DNA of 64,000 nucleotides from Octopus vulgaris (Eukaryota): NCBI GenBank assembly GCA_951406725.2, contig OX597816.1, positions 14,260,001 to 14,324,000 of the forward strand, read 5' to 3'. Shown piece by piece: positions 41,452 to 54,469 of this stretch (position 1 is its first letter; each line of letters starts with the position of its first letter). The notes under the pieces were generated by a model. It saw only the letters and a program-made list of their open reading frames with translations, ran no database searches and was not told where the DNA came from. The position numbers and the translations under genes were made by a program.

Positions 41452-41995
41452 CACTAGAGAACATTTCAAAGAAAATTTTTAGTTGTCTTGATTTTTACAA
41501 TTAGTCCTACCTAATTTGATGGTTTCGAGTTCAGAAATGTCCCCAGAAATTTACTATCACGTCAAGATTTTTATTATCAAACAGGAATTCATTTTTTACC
41601 AAAAAATATCAATTTTGCCTTTAAATGCAAGGCTGAAATAAGAAACTAACACAAACCAAATAGTACATTTTATTGTTTAACAGATATATTACACAAAATG
41701 TTTAATTACACATCTTAGAATAGATATTTCTGTCAGACTGGAGTTTGAACTATTCAAGGAATGAACTTTGTCTGTGTTGCTTTATGTGAATAAATTGCAT
41801 CATGAAAGTCTCTTTGCCGTGACCAGCAATAGACAGCACCATGTTGGTGTTCCACTGGCCTTGATACCTATGTTCACAATGTCTTGGCGGAATCTTTTTT
41901 CTTGCTCATCTCTATTGCCTTAGGATTTTCAAGGAAGTAGTTCAGATGACTGTGCAAGAAATGCACATTTACACTCATGTTTCAGCCCGCTGCTC
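41452..41995 (-). pseudogene. DNA-transposase C-terminal relic (probably CMC/Chapaev3-like) with its terminal region
   Basis: Minus-strand translation MSVNVHFLHSHLNYFLEN..DEQEKRFRQDI, resembling the HFLHSHLD.FP.N..SDE.GERFHQDI motif; terminus begins CAC. Superfamily assigned from memory. Confidence 0.65.
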
Positions 41996-42202
41996 AAAAC
42001 CTCTGTGTTTAGCCTCTTGTGGGTAGTAAAGAAATTAGTATTTCGTCTGTTTTTACCTTCTGAGTTCAAATTCCGTCTAGGTCGACTTTGCTTTTCATCC
42101 TTTCGGAGTCGATAAATTAAGCACCAGTAACACACTGGAGTCAATCTAATCGACTGGCCCCCTCCAACCAAAATTTTGGGCCTTGAGCCTAAAATAGAAA
42201 AG

Positions 42203-42243
<41 letters not shown>

Positions 42244-42372
42244 CATTATTATTATTATAAGCAGTCGACTAATAAATAAAGGAATCTAATTCAGACACTA
42301 ATTATTTATACAATATTTTAAATCAAATATTGGGTAAGTGTGTGTGTGTGTGTGTGTGTGCGTTTGCGTGTG

Positions 42373-42467
<95 letters not shown>

Positions 42468-42547
42468 GTACACATACATTTCAAGGCGGCATAGCAGTAG
42501 GTCATATTCTTTTCTATTCTAGGCACAAGGCAGCACATGCTGCAGAC

Positions 42548-42830
42548 CAGAGGTTCTCAAACTTTTTGGGCGCCCCACCCCTATTTTTATGAATAAATAT
42601 TTCATATTTTACTAATTTACATATACTATGAATCGTTTGATATCTAATATAATATTATATAATTTATATACAATACTATAATAATATTATAATATATTCA
42701 TAGCGTCCCTCAATTCACTGCCTATCTCCCGACGCCTCATTTTTCTCTACCACCCCCTTAGGCACCAGCGCCCACCTGGACCGTCTCAACACCCACCGGG
42801 GGGCGGTAGAGCCCACTTTGAAAACCCATG
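42548..42830. mobile_element. hAT-type MITE
   Basis: TIRs cagaggttctcaaa / tttgaaaacccatg; 8-bp TSD ctgcagac/cagtagac. Confidence 0.7.
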
Positions 42831-43326
42831 CAGTAGACTATATAATGATTAAAAAACAACAAAACCTACCACTAATTGCGTCTACCTAACCACTTACCAA
42901 TGCACCGACAATTTGTTACCGCTACTGATGTCTGAAAACATTCTTTAAATAAAAGTGTCTAGCAACAAACTAACCTGAGAAGCTGCCAACCTCATATTGA
43001 TATCGTATTAAAATTACCTCTAGCGGATATTAACGAAAACATTTTGGTGTTACAGTATGAAACTACATTTCCTATGATTATCTATTTATTGAGTTAGTTC
43101 CTGCCGAAAGTTAACATAATCTTTAAGTTTGTGGAAACAATTTGCTGAACGAAAGTAAATTCTCTTGAAATAGTGAATTCTTCTAGGAAAAGCAAAATAA
43201 AAAAAAAAGGAAACCGAGCGACTAAGTTTCTTAACGGTTTTTTTAACATCATATTAGCTTCATGCAAAAACTATTTGTCAATTCTTGCTCAGGAATATCT
43301 ATAAAAATCATCTATAATAGTAGTAA

Positions 43327-43910
43327 AGACGTCGAGCTGGCAGAAACGCTAGCATGCCGGACGAAATGCGTAGCCGTATTTCGTCTGCCGGTACGTTCTG
43401 AGTTCAAATTCCGCCGAGGTTGACTTTGCCTTTCATCCTTTTGGAGTCGATAAATTAAGTACCACTTACGCACTGGGGTCGATATAATCGACTTAATACC
43501 TATGTCTGTCCTTGTTTGTTCCCTCTGTCTTTAGCCCCTTGTGGGTAATAAAGAAATAGGTATTTCGTCTGCGGTTACCTTCTGAGTTCAAATTCCGCCG
43601 AGGTCGACTTTGCCGTTCATCCTTTCGGGGTCGATAAATTAAGTACCAGTTACGCACTGGGGTCGATGTAATCGACTTAATCCGTTTGTCTGTCCTTATT
43701 TGTCCTCTCTCTGTTTCGCCCCTTGTGGGTAGTAAAGAAATAGGTATTTCGTCTGCTGTTACGTTCTGAGTTCAAATTCCGCCGAGGTTGACTTTACCTT
43801 TTATTCCTTTCCGAGTCGATAAAATAAGTATCAGTCGAGCACTGGGGTCAATGTAATCGACCTATCCCACCCCCACAATTGCTGGCCTTGTGTCAAATTT
43901 TGAAAGCAAT
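43327..43910 (+). mobile_element. SINE family B trimer
   Basis: Junctions aagaaataggtatttcgtctg at ~43551-43570 and ~43735-43755. Confidence 0.9.
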
Positions 43911-44346
43911 ATATACAGCTAAGCTGTTTCGATCGGTTTTATCTCTGATCTTTGAGGTATCTTATTCTTAGATATAAATTGCTTCGTAGTAATGAGATTT
44001 CGGGTTCGATACCTCTGCCTTGCATCTTGGGCAAATGTCTTCATTCATAACCACGGGTTGACTCAAATCATGTGAATAAAACTAAATAGGTGGAGACTGT
44101 TCGGAAGCCTGTCAAAGGATTATACTTGTAATTTAAATGTCCAGTTGTGTCACACTCATTATGTCACGCTAATTTACTCTTAGAATCGCTTTGAGGATAT
44201 ATTTGTCTGTGGAATTCTCAGCCATTTACATGCTAATTCAATGAATAGACAATTCTATTCAATGATCGAACAATTAGAACACTCAAGAACCGACGAAAAT
44301 TCATTTATTTTATTTATTCTCCCTATACGTCAGCTCTGGATAAACC

Positions 44347-44579
44347 TATTTCTTTATTACCCACAAGGAGCTAAACATGGAGAGGACAAACAAGGACAGA
44401 CAAACGGATTAAGTCGATTGCGTCGACCCCAGTGCGTAACTGGTACTTAATTTATCGACCCCGAAAGAATGAAAGGCAAAGTAGACCAGGGCGGAATTTG
44501 AACTCAGAACGTAACGGCAGACGAAATACTGCTAAGCATTTCGCCCGGCGTGCTAACGTTTCTGCCAGCTCGCCGCCTT
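44347..44579 (-). mobile_element. SINE family B monomer with TSD tcagctctggat(a/t)aacc
   Basis: Flanking direct repeat. Confidence 0.92.
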
Positions 44580-45163
44580 TCAGCTCTGGATTAACCATTA
44601 AGCAAAATAAGCACGTGTTTAGAACGTCAAGGGAAGTAGGGGAGGGCACAACAGAAATTGTAAATGGTTTACGGCACAAAAGAAATCACTTTAAACTTGC
44701 GAAAATAATACTCGAAGTAGTTTATATGATCATAAATATAAGTTTCTTGCCACAAACTTCTTATCACAAAGCCAAATCAATTAAAATATCCACCAATTAA
44801 GATAATATTCATCAAATTATAAAGGCATTTAGATTATCATAGGGACCCAAAAGAAGCAGTGATATAGCTAACTCGGGGGCGGACCGAATAGCATTCCTTG
44901 AAGTATCGTTTTTTTTTTTTTTTTGTTCTTTTATGAACTGAGTTCAAATCTCACCGGAGTTAACTCACTATTTTCTCTCAACAATGTCATTAAAAGATGT
45001 ACTAGAAATACCCTGTAAGTCGATGCAAGGGAATATACCTCACCCCTATTATAAGTTTATTGAATTGTTTCGGTGTTAGAAATCGCTGTTATACGCATCT
45101 TCTTTAAAAAGGAGAAGATAAAAGAAGAATATCAATGACGATATTTTAGCGGTAAAAAATACG

Positions 45164-45578
45164 TATTTCTTTACTACCCACAAGGGGCTAAACACTGAAG
45201 GGACAAACAAGGACAGGCAAACGGATTAAGTCGATTATATCGATCCCACTGCGTAACTGGTACTTAATTTATCGACCCCGAAAGGATGAAAGGCAAAGTC
45301 GACCTCGGCGGAATTTGAACTCAGAACGTAGCGGCAGACGAAATACCTATTTCGTTATTACCCACAAGGGGCTAAACACTGAAGGGACAGACAAGGACAG
45401 ACAAACGGATTAAGTCGATTATATCGACCCCAGTGCGTAACTGGTACTTAATCTATTGACCCCGAAAGGATGAAAAGCAAAGTCGACCTCGGCGGAATTT
45501 GAACTCACAACGTAACGCAGACGAATACCGCTAAGCATTTCGCCCGGCGTGCTAACGTTTCTGCCAGCTCACTGCCTT
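45164..45578 (-). mobile_element. SINE family B dimer within one TSD
   Basis: TSD tagcggtaaaaaatacg (45147-45163) / taatggtaaaaaatacg (45579-45595). Confidence 0.92.
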
Positions 45579-46148
45579 TAATGGTAAAAAATACGATAAA
45601 CAAAAGTCACTTGTATTCCTGAACATCAGAAAATTCGTTAAATGTTAATTGAATGTGAGGCATTTCAATTAGTGACCGGAGCCTAATGTTACAAATTTCC
45701 CAGTAATGTTTTCTTACGATCTAATTATGTGGGATGGTAAATGGAGGCGGAGCACTTTGAAATTTGCAAATTTCAGTATTTCAGATATTTTGTCCTAATT
45801 CATGTATAATATCAGTATTTTTCTTTATAACATTCCTGAATGCAAGAATATTCAACGTTATATCTCAATGAAGTTTCACAGAAATAACTTTCTGTGAAAG
45901 TCTGGTGAACTGTTTCTCTATCATGAAGACTAATTGAGTACAGTGGGAAGTAATTAATATAATGAACCATCTGCCAACTTCAATTTTTACAAAGGTACAC
46001 AAAGTGAATAGACAATACAGCATAACGCCAAAAGTTGACGATCGGTATGACCTACATATCGCATCTGATATATATACAATTTATCCGTTACTGTTTCTAT
46101 TCAGGTTAGGCGAAGATTGTAAATAGTTTGTATGGTAATACTTACCAT

Positions 46149-46383
46149 AGGCGGCGAGCTGGCAGAGACGTTAGCACGCCGGGCGAAATGCATTGCTGTA
46201 TTTCGTCTGTCGTTACGTTCTGAGTTAAAATTCCGCCGAGGTCGACTTTTCCTTTCATCCTTTTGGGGTCGATAAATAAAGTACCACTTTCGCACTGGGG
46301 TCGATGTGATCGACTTAATTCCTTTGTCTGTCCTTGTTTGTCCCCTCTATGTTTAGCCCCTTGTGGGCAGTAAAGAAATAAAT
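46149..46383 (+). mobile_element. SINE family B monomer
   Basis: Complete from head to tail. Confidence 0.9.
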
Positions 46384-46412
46384 ACACACCACACAGCCAC
46401 TCCTGCGCCTAT

Positions 46413-46596
46413 GGTCATTTTTTTGCCAAATAAACACACGCACTGTATATTTGTTCTTCATTCGTTCATTATTGTTCTTATTTTTTTTACAATGGACATA
46501 GGAATGAGTTAAAATTTTAAAAAAATAAGAACAGTAATAAACGAATGAAGAACAAATATATAGTGCGTGTGTTTATTTGGCAAAAACAAAATGACC
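46413..46596. repeat. Fold-back (arms ~46413-46488 and ~46519-46596), MITE-like
   Basis: gccaaataaacacacgcactgtatatttgttcttcattcg is mirrored. Confidence 0.85.
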
Positions 46597-46942
46597 AACC
46601 CGAAATACAACAATATAAACTTAAACTTAGATAAACTTAGATATGTTTCGACCAAAAATTGGTCCAGGCCATGTCTAACTTAATAGCACCACTGATAGGA
46701 TTATCTGAATCCTGTTTAAGTCAAGTTTTGTTTATGGTCCATTCAAGTAGTGAGTTTTTGTTGGGTGAGTTGTATCCAATTATGGGTGGCTTATCCGGTA
46801 TTCCTTGAAGGAATCTATCCAGACTCCGTTTAAAGGTGATGGGATCCTTTTCCTCTTTATAATTATATTTTCGACTGTTTCATATATTCAGAAGTTCTTA
46901 AATTGTTTCGTTTTTATATATCCGATATTTTGTTGTTTCCAG

Positions 46943-47129
46943 CACAAACGTGACACAGAACCCCCGTGTAAGTCAAATGCGCATGTGTGCAGGACCCTGA
47001 TGCAATACAAAGACGGCGAGGAGGATAATTTCATTGTCGATGAAGGCAAAAATTGTGCCTGTGACAACTGCTCGACAACATGGTCGGAACACGACAGGTA
47101 TTCATTTACCTGGCAACATTTCAAACGAT
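46943..47129 (+). CDS. Internal exon A of an Argos/scoloptoxin-11-like Cys-rich protein (phase 0 to phase 1)
   Basis: Acceptor ttgttgtttccag, donor gtaagt at 47130. Encodes HKRDTEPPCKSNAHVCRTL..KNCACDNCSTTWSEHDRYSFTWQHFKR. Confidence 0.85.
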
Positions 47130-47168
47130 GTAAGTATTACCGTCATCTCCTTTGGTTTTATCCCATTA

Positions 47169-47562
47169 CTACCAGTATCGCCCGGCGTTGCTTGGGTTTG
47201 TTTCGACCATTTAGAATTGAAATTTTTTAAAAGTAAAAATTTTGCATTATGTAGCTTGTTATTCTCTTTAAGTGAACATTTTTTCTGGTTGAAATACACC
47301 GAAAAAGGGCGACACAGCAGTAAAAAAATCGTAAAAAGTAAGGATTTTCATAGAAAAAAAAGCACCTTTTTCATGTAAATAAATTTTGATGTTAACATGG
47401 TCCGATTTGAATATTTTCTTCTACGGAAGGAAGAGCAAGCCTTCTCCTATCATACTCTCACTTTTGGTCAACTTGCGCCGCAGGGTCTCGGAGGAGATAG
47501 TATTAGTTGAAGGCTACCAAACCTTCCATACACAGACAACTTCAGCTTTATATATAGAGAGA
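47169..47562 (-). mobile_element. Non-autonomous Helitron-like element
   Basis: On the minus strand: 5' TCTCTCTATATATAAA, subterminal GC hairpin, GTAG (CTAG variant) end, A|T target. Confidence 0.75.
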
Positions 47563-48169
47563 TAAATTTGAGTGATGTTTCTCAGTCCGTTACGTTTTTA
47601 AGTTCGTTAACTCCTTCTAGACGGTTGGTGCAAGGACAACCAAACTCAAACCAGCAACTCCTCTAATCCCAGGGATTGTCCTGAGGGCTCTATGTTTTTT
47701 TAAGGGCCTCCTAATAGGGGCCTCACTGACCCCTCTATTTTTACTGCATTTTAAACTAAGTACATGGCATTGGCAACCAAATCGGAGTAATGACAATGAA
47801 TTTCTTACTATGAACTTTCAGGGAGGCACAGCTTCTGAAGGGCCGCTTCAATGAGGTCCCACTGACCCCACTATTTTTACTGCATTTACCGTGCTCTTAC
47901 GCTTATTGATTAACCTATGATCAACATCAGTGCTTAGCACATTTGCAGAAATAAGTTAAGCCATTCTAAATACCTTCACGTACATTCAAATCGAATTAAA
48001 GTGTTATAACAGGTTCGTTTCAAGTGTGGTAGTGTGGATATTTATGTTCTGTAGTTTATGAAACTTATGTCTGGTTGCTTTTAAAATGCAAGAAACACAT
48101 ATACTGCGATGTTTATTCAAGAAGCACATTTATTGTGTTTTGGAATATTTTCATTCTTTTTTTATGATT

Positions 48170-48300
48170 ATGGCAGACCACGGTTTGCATGGATGGATGG
48201 AGTGAGGAAAGCTTTGGTGGTTAGAGGTGGTAGAGTGAGAAAGACAAGAGAGATTATAAATAGTAGGAAAACTTGGAGAGTGTTTGTGGACGGGTGAGTG
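48170..48300 (+). pseudogene. RTE-like LINE C-terminal remnant
   Basis: GRPRFAWMDGVRKAL....R..WRVFV motif. Confidence 0.55.
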
Positions 48301-48793
48301 GACTGATATTGCTCAAAGAGGTACAGAACCAGAATGATGTGGCGGGGGTAAACCAGCATATGCTGTCGGGCCACGCTGCTGATATCGGAGGTTTGGTCGA
48401 CCCGAGGCTATAGTAGAAGACACTGGCCCAAGGTGCCACGCAGTGGGACTGAACCCGGAACTATGTGGTTGGTAAATAAGCTACTCCTACGCTGTAAAAA
48501 GATACGTACAACGACTGTAGCTTACATTATATTCTTTATAAATAGTAAAGAATATGATAAACAAAATTCACGGCGAGATCATCTTGAATTTTAATCCCTC
48601 CGGGTCGATACATTGAGTACAATTCAAGTACGACTAAATATCGATTCAGTCGATTAGACATCTCCCACGAGGACTGCCGACCTTGTGACTATATCATAAA
48701 CCGCCATACACTTATATTTCGTGCATTGCACTCTTCATTCTTTTTCAGCCTGTATTAATGCGTTCCTTTTCTTTATTTATCTTATTCGTACAG

Positions 48794-49005
48794 TGGACAT
48801 GATAGTTCAGTACAAATTGTGTGGTCCTATAATGCCTGAAAGGATTTGCAATGACGACGAAGTTGCTGCTTTGATGGAAACCGAGGTGAATGGCTGGCAT
48901 ATCCATATGAGAGAGGAGAGATGCCGATGCAAGAACAACATTTTCTACCTCAGAGGTTGGGAGAAACGAAATAACCTCTGGATCTATGAATATCGCTGTA
49001 AAAAG
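48794..49005 (+). CDS. Internal exon B of the Argos/scoloptoxin-11-like protein (phase 1 to phase 0)
   Basis: Pyrimidine tract + tacag acceptor, donor aag|gtacgt; phase matches exons A and C. Encodes DMIVQYKLCGP..ICNDDEVA..RCRCKNN..YEYRCKK. Confidence 0.88.
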
Positions 49006-49729
49006 GTACGTACGACGACTGTAGCTTACATTTTATTCTTTGAGTTTGAACTGGCGAAATGTAGAGAAATACATTTAAAGGAATATTGTTGCTAATATCC
49101 GGCTTCAGGTCGACTTTGCCTTTCATCCTTTCGGGGTCGATAAATGAAGTGCCAGTTACGCACTGGAGTCGATGTAATCGACTTAATCCATTTGTCTGTC
49201 TTTGTTTGTCCCCTCTGTGTTTAGCCCCTTGTGGGTAGTAAAGAAATATAAAAGAGAATCTAGCTGAGTTCTATCATTCAAGCACTTGCAGTATTCTGTC
49301 ATTCTGCTTGGTAGAATGAAGAATCTACACTTCTGGAGGATAATAGTCAAACCATCTTCGTGATGGCTTGACTAGCAAAAAATAGTATTCAAAAACCCCT
49401 TAAAAATGATACACTACCGACATAAATTCGGGAAAGACACATAAAATAATGTAATTGTGGCTATTCCTAAGAAACAGTATAGTCGCCGCTGAAATGCTGT
49501 TCATCGTAGGCCTGATTGATCAAAGGAAACTTGTACATTATTTACATTATTTACATTCGACGGATATTTGTCCTCATCTTGTTTGTTGTTAAAATAAGTA
49601 CCATTTGAACACCCCCAACCTCAAAACTGCTGGTTTTGTGCCACACTTTGAAACCATATTAAATGTAAAGTTGTTTGTACCTTAATATCAGTAATGTTCT
49701 TTATTTTATTTTATTTTATTTTGTCCTAG

Positions 49730-49942
49730 GTGGTATGTGCAACCGATGGAGCTGTATGTGCTAAAGTCTACGTGAACAGAGCCCTTGGTGAAGCTTTGAA
49801 ATACCAGTTCACTTGCCTATGTCAAAATAGTCGACAATGTGTGACTGAAGTTGATATCGTCCCTAACATGTATACCGATGACGACGAACATGGCGAATAC
49901 GTTCCCCGGATGTGCGACCAAATCATTGGAAAAGGTCGGTAG
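49730..49942 (+). CDS. Terminal coding exon C of the Argos/scoloptoxin-11-like protein
   Basis: Acceptor ttttgtcctag. Encodes VVCATDGAVCAKV..FTCLCQNSRQC..YVPRMCDQIIGKGR*. Confidence 0.88.
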   Translation: MVCATDGAVCAKVYVNRALGEALKYQFTCLCQNSRQCVTEVDIVPNMYTDDDEHGEYVPRMCDQIIGKGR

Positions 49943-50250
49943 TTTCCGACACTGATCGTAACAACAATGATTCGGCTTCTTTCTTCGTTTTTTCTTCTTT
50001 TTTTTTATTCCTCTCCTTCATCTTTTCTTTTCCTGCCACACATACTTTATATGTTAGTCCTCAACGATGTGAAAACGCACGCTTAATTTTTCTGATACAG
50101 AAATATTCAGTCTGAAAAAACGACCTGGTTTCTGTAGGGCTTTGATCCAATTACAACAACATATCTAAATTTCAAACGAACCTTCTCACATTTTCTATCG
50201 TTTTAGTTAACGTTTCTTAATGCACACTATATAACATTTAATATTTAGTC

Positions 50251-50256
50251 AATAAA
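50251..50256 (+). promoter_or_regulatory. Candidate polyadenylation signal AATAAA
   Basis: First AATAAA ~310 nt after the stop, with T-rich sequence downstream. Confidence 0.45.
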
Positions 50257-50863
50257 TATCTATCACTGCAGAATTTACTTTCAAAATATATTCTTTAATA
50301 CAATGTTTGTTTATTTTCCTCCTAAAAAAATATATCAAATAATTTTGCTTAACTTCATAACAAAACTGGATGCTTTTTTTTAACTGTTATAATATACGTG
50401 TATGCGCACATATGCGTGCGTGCGTGCGTGTGTGCGTGCGTATGCATACAAAACCTCTTCATACATCTATCGTCTGTTTTTGATAAGATGCAATTGTAGT
50501 AGTGTTTCAAGAATTCTTAATCCTCTTTAGCGGTTCTATCTTCCTCATTCATTCAGTATTCAATTCTATTATTTTTTTCCTCCTTCTTTCTCTCTTCATA
50601 TCAATATAATTCTGTGTGTGTGTGTGTGTTTATACCTGTGTACAAACTATAGCACATAATAGATCGTGGTGATATATCAGCTAAAGATGATGATAAGTAA
50701 AAATTTAGTTTTACCATTGTCTGTAACTGTTAGTAGTTAGTCTACTAATCCAATAATACGTGTGAATGTAACCAGAGATATATTTTAAAAAATATCTACA
50801 AAAAAATTAAAATAACAACCAATAATCTATTATTAAAGTATATATGAGTGCATAATTGCGAAC

Positions 50864-50899
<36 letters not shown>

Positions 50900-50936
50900 C
50901 ATACACTTATATATATGTGTATATATATGTATATGT

Positions 50937-50977
<41 letters not shown>

Positions 50978-50982
50978 TATAC

Positions 50983-51014
<32 letters not shown>

Positions 51015-51038
51015 ATATATATATGCATATATATATAT

Positions 51039-51115
<77 letters not shown>

Positions 51116-51502
51116 GGTATGTGTTTGTATACGAGTTGAAGCATGCCAGGTATTTTAATAGGTGGTAAATCTGCTAGTATGCTATTTCCTATGCACATAA
51201 TATATCTATATATCTATCTATATATCTATTCGTTTTCCGTTTTTATATATTGATTCTACTTTAGAATCTAGATACCAAACAACAGCAACAATAGCAACCA
51301 GAATATTTAGATTCAGTGGTATTTACAACAACATTCGCTCCATAAAGAAACAACTTCCGTTCTTCCCAAGCAAATTGTTAACCAGGGTGCCGCCGGAGTC
51401 TATATTGTAACTCCTCGCCAAGCACCTGACTATTAGACCCAATGTGTGTATGTGTGTATATATTCATGTACATATATACATACATACATACATATATATA
51501 TA

Positions 51503-51668
<166 letters not shown>

Positions 51669-52320
51669 TATATATATATATGCAGATATATATATATATA
51701 TATATGCATATATATGTGTAATATATATGTATATATATATATGTGTATATATGTATGTGTGTATATATATATGCGTGCGAGTGGCGTGTGTCTGAACAGG
51801 GTGTGTGTGAGATGCATGTATGTGTGCATGAATGAATGTAAGCTTAATAGAACGTTTGTAATGAAAGGCTACGTCCATTTGTAGCATTTCTAAATTTTGT
51901 TCAGCAGTTTTTTTGTTATTGTTTTTCTTAATTGTTTGTTTGTTAGTTTAGAAGTTGGTTTTTTGCTGTAATGTCTTGCGATAAAGATAAACTGTTAATA
52001 AAAACGATTTTAAAAAACTTTCCTCTGAGTGTGTTGTCATTATTATTTTTTTCTTTTATGTTCAAAATGGCGAAGTGGCTGAACCATTAAAATACATGGA
52101 AAATGCTTAACCGCATTTTGTCCGTTTTTACTTTCCGAGTTCAAATTTCCCCAAAGTCGACTTTGCCTTTTGTCCTTTCGGGGTCAATAAAATAATTCCC
52201 ATCTAAGCCCTGGGTTGAAGTAATCGATTATCCCCCTACCCTGAAATTTCAAGCTGTGTTCCTATAGTAGAAAAAGAAATATTCTCGATGTCTCACTTAA
52301 GTAAGAAGATATGAAGTATT

Positions 52321-52737
52321 AATTTCTTTATTGCCCACAAGGGACTAAACATAGAAGGGTCAAACAAGGACTGACAAAGGGATTAAGTCGATTATATCAA
52401 CCCCAGTGCGTAAGTGGTACTTATTTATCTACCCCGAAAGGATGAAAGGCAAAGTCGACCTCGGCGCAATTTGAACTCATAACATCGCGGCAGACGAAAT
52501 ACCTATTTCTTTACTACCCACAAGGGGCTAAACAAAGAGAGGACAGACAAGGACAGACAAACGGATTAAGTCGATTACATCGACCCCAGTGCGTAACTGG
52601 TACTTAATTTATCGACCCCGAAAGGATGAAAAGGCAAAGTCGACCTCGGCGGAATTTGAACTCAGAACGTAACGGCAGACGAAATACCGCTAAGCATTTC
52701 GCCCGGCGTGCTAACAATTCTGCCAGCTCGCCGCCTT
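52321..52737 (-). mobile_element. SINE family B dimer within one TSD
   Basis: TSD agaagatatgaagtatt (52304-52320) / agaagatatgaattctt (52738-52754). Confidence 0.92.
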
Positions 52738-53042
52738 AGAAGATATGAATTCTTGGACAGAGTAGAAAGGCATAAGATCCACTGTAGTAACTAAACGGTA
52801 CTCTTATTCTGACAACCTCATCGAGATTTGAACTCAGAATGTATAGACATATCTAAACTCTGCCAGTTAGTACTTGGTCTGTCACTCTATCAATTCTACC
52901 AAACTACTGCTCTAGTTGTTATTTTTGTTGCTATATCGCCTGCGTAAGTGTTGCTTATTTACCTTCAGTCATCATCTTCAACATCTAGATATTGGTGTCT
53001 CAAGTCTTGGGGTACATAAGGCCGTATAAATGACCAAGATCA

Positions 53043-53268
53043 CGAGCTGGCAGAATCGTTAGCACGCTGGGCGAAATGCTTATCAGTATTTCTTCTGCCG
53101 TTACGTTCTGAGTTCAAATTCCGCTGAGGTCGACTTTGCCTTTCATACTTTCGGGGTCGATAAATTAATTATCAGTTACGCACTGGGGTCGATGTAATCA
53201 ACTTAATCCATTTGTCTGTCCTTGTTTGTCTCTTCTATGTTTAGCCCCTTGTGGGCAGTAAAGAAATA
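53043..53268 (+). mobile_element. SINE family B monomer with TSD aagatcacga
   Basis: Flanking direct repeat. Confidence 0.9.
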
Positions 53269-54390
53269 AGATCACGACATTCCCTTTGAAGAGGACTCCA
53301 GTTCTTCGCAGAATTATTCCTCTGCAGCTAGAGCAACGTAAAAGGAAATGTTCTGCTCAAGAACACAACCTACTGCAAGGTCACGGAATCGAAACCACAA
53401 TCTTGCGATCGTGATTGCAACATACAAACTACTAGATCACGCGCTTTTGCTCACCCTCAATGTTTATCAAATAATTTCTTAGACGGAGACAAGGCAAAAA
53501 TGGAGGTAGCGGAGGAAGCAGTCTGTTCTTCAATGACGTTACTTATTCTATCGACCCCGGAAGAATACAAAGCAAAATTGCCATCAGTGGGATTAGAAAT
53601 CGGAACGTAATGCTGATACAATTACTGTAAAACCTTTTCCTAATGCTCAAACGACTGTTAATTACCGGTTTTAAATTTTGGCACAAGGCCAGCAATTTCA
53701 GGGGAGCAGAGTCAGTCGATTACATCGACTCCAGTGCTCAGCTAATTGGTACTTATTTTATCGATCCCGAACGGAGGAAAAGTAAAGTCGACCTGGTCGG
53801 CATTTGGGCTCAGAACGTAAGGACGGACGAAATACCGTGTAATATTTTGTGCGGTCTGCTGAAGGTTCTACCAGCTCGTCGCCTTAAAAATTATTACTTA
53901 TTAATATTATATAGTCGCTAGATTGTCGGAAACCGGTAAAGATCGGACAAAGTAGTATGTAGCATTTAGCTATAACCCTCAAAGTTGTGATTTACTCTTT
54001 AAGGGATCGATAAAATAAAGTCGGTAATAATTGAGTAGACCAATCTCAAAAATTTGAAACTGTACCTATAGGGGAAGTCAATGCAATATCGTATCGATTA
54101 AATCGACAATACACTGTATTGATAATCTCCTTCCGAAATTAGTTACCTGATGTCTGAACAGAAATTTGTTACTAAATTATTTACAATAAAGTAGGGCGAC
54201 GAGCTGGTAGAACCGTTAGGACGCCGGGAGAAATGCTTAGCAGTATTTCGTCTGCCGTTACGTTCTGAGTTCAAATTCCGCCGAGGACGACTTTGCCTTT
54301 CATCCTTTCGGGGTCGATTAAATAAGTACCAGTTACGCACTGGGGTCGATGTAATCGACTTAATCCATTTTGTCCCAGTTTGTATTTTTT

Positions 54391-54439
<49 letters not shown>

Positions 54440-54469
54440 AAGGGTGAAAAGGAACACACGAGTTGATAT

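Noticed and set aside
43327-43910. CRISPR-like or satellite array
   Set aside because: The units are ~185-bp SINE B bodies with no unique spacers, in a eukaryotic context.
47098-47103. Alternative splice donor (cag|gtattc) in exon A
   Set aside because: It gives phase 2, which is incompatible with exon B; gtaagt at 47130 fits both consensus and frame.
47724-47888. 28-bp direct repeat cactgacccc..tatttttactgcattt
   Set aside because: Only two copies and no interpretable context; probably internal to an unclassified repeat.
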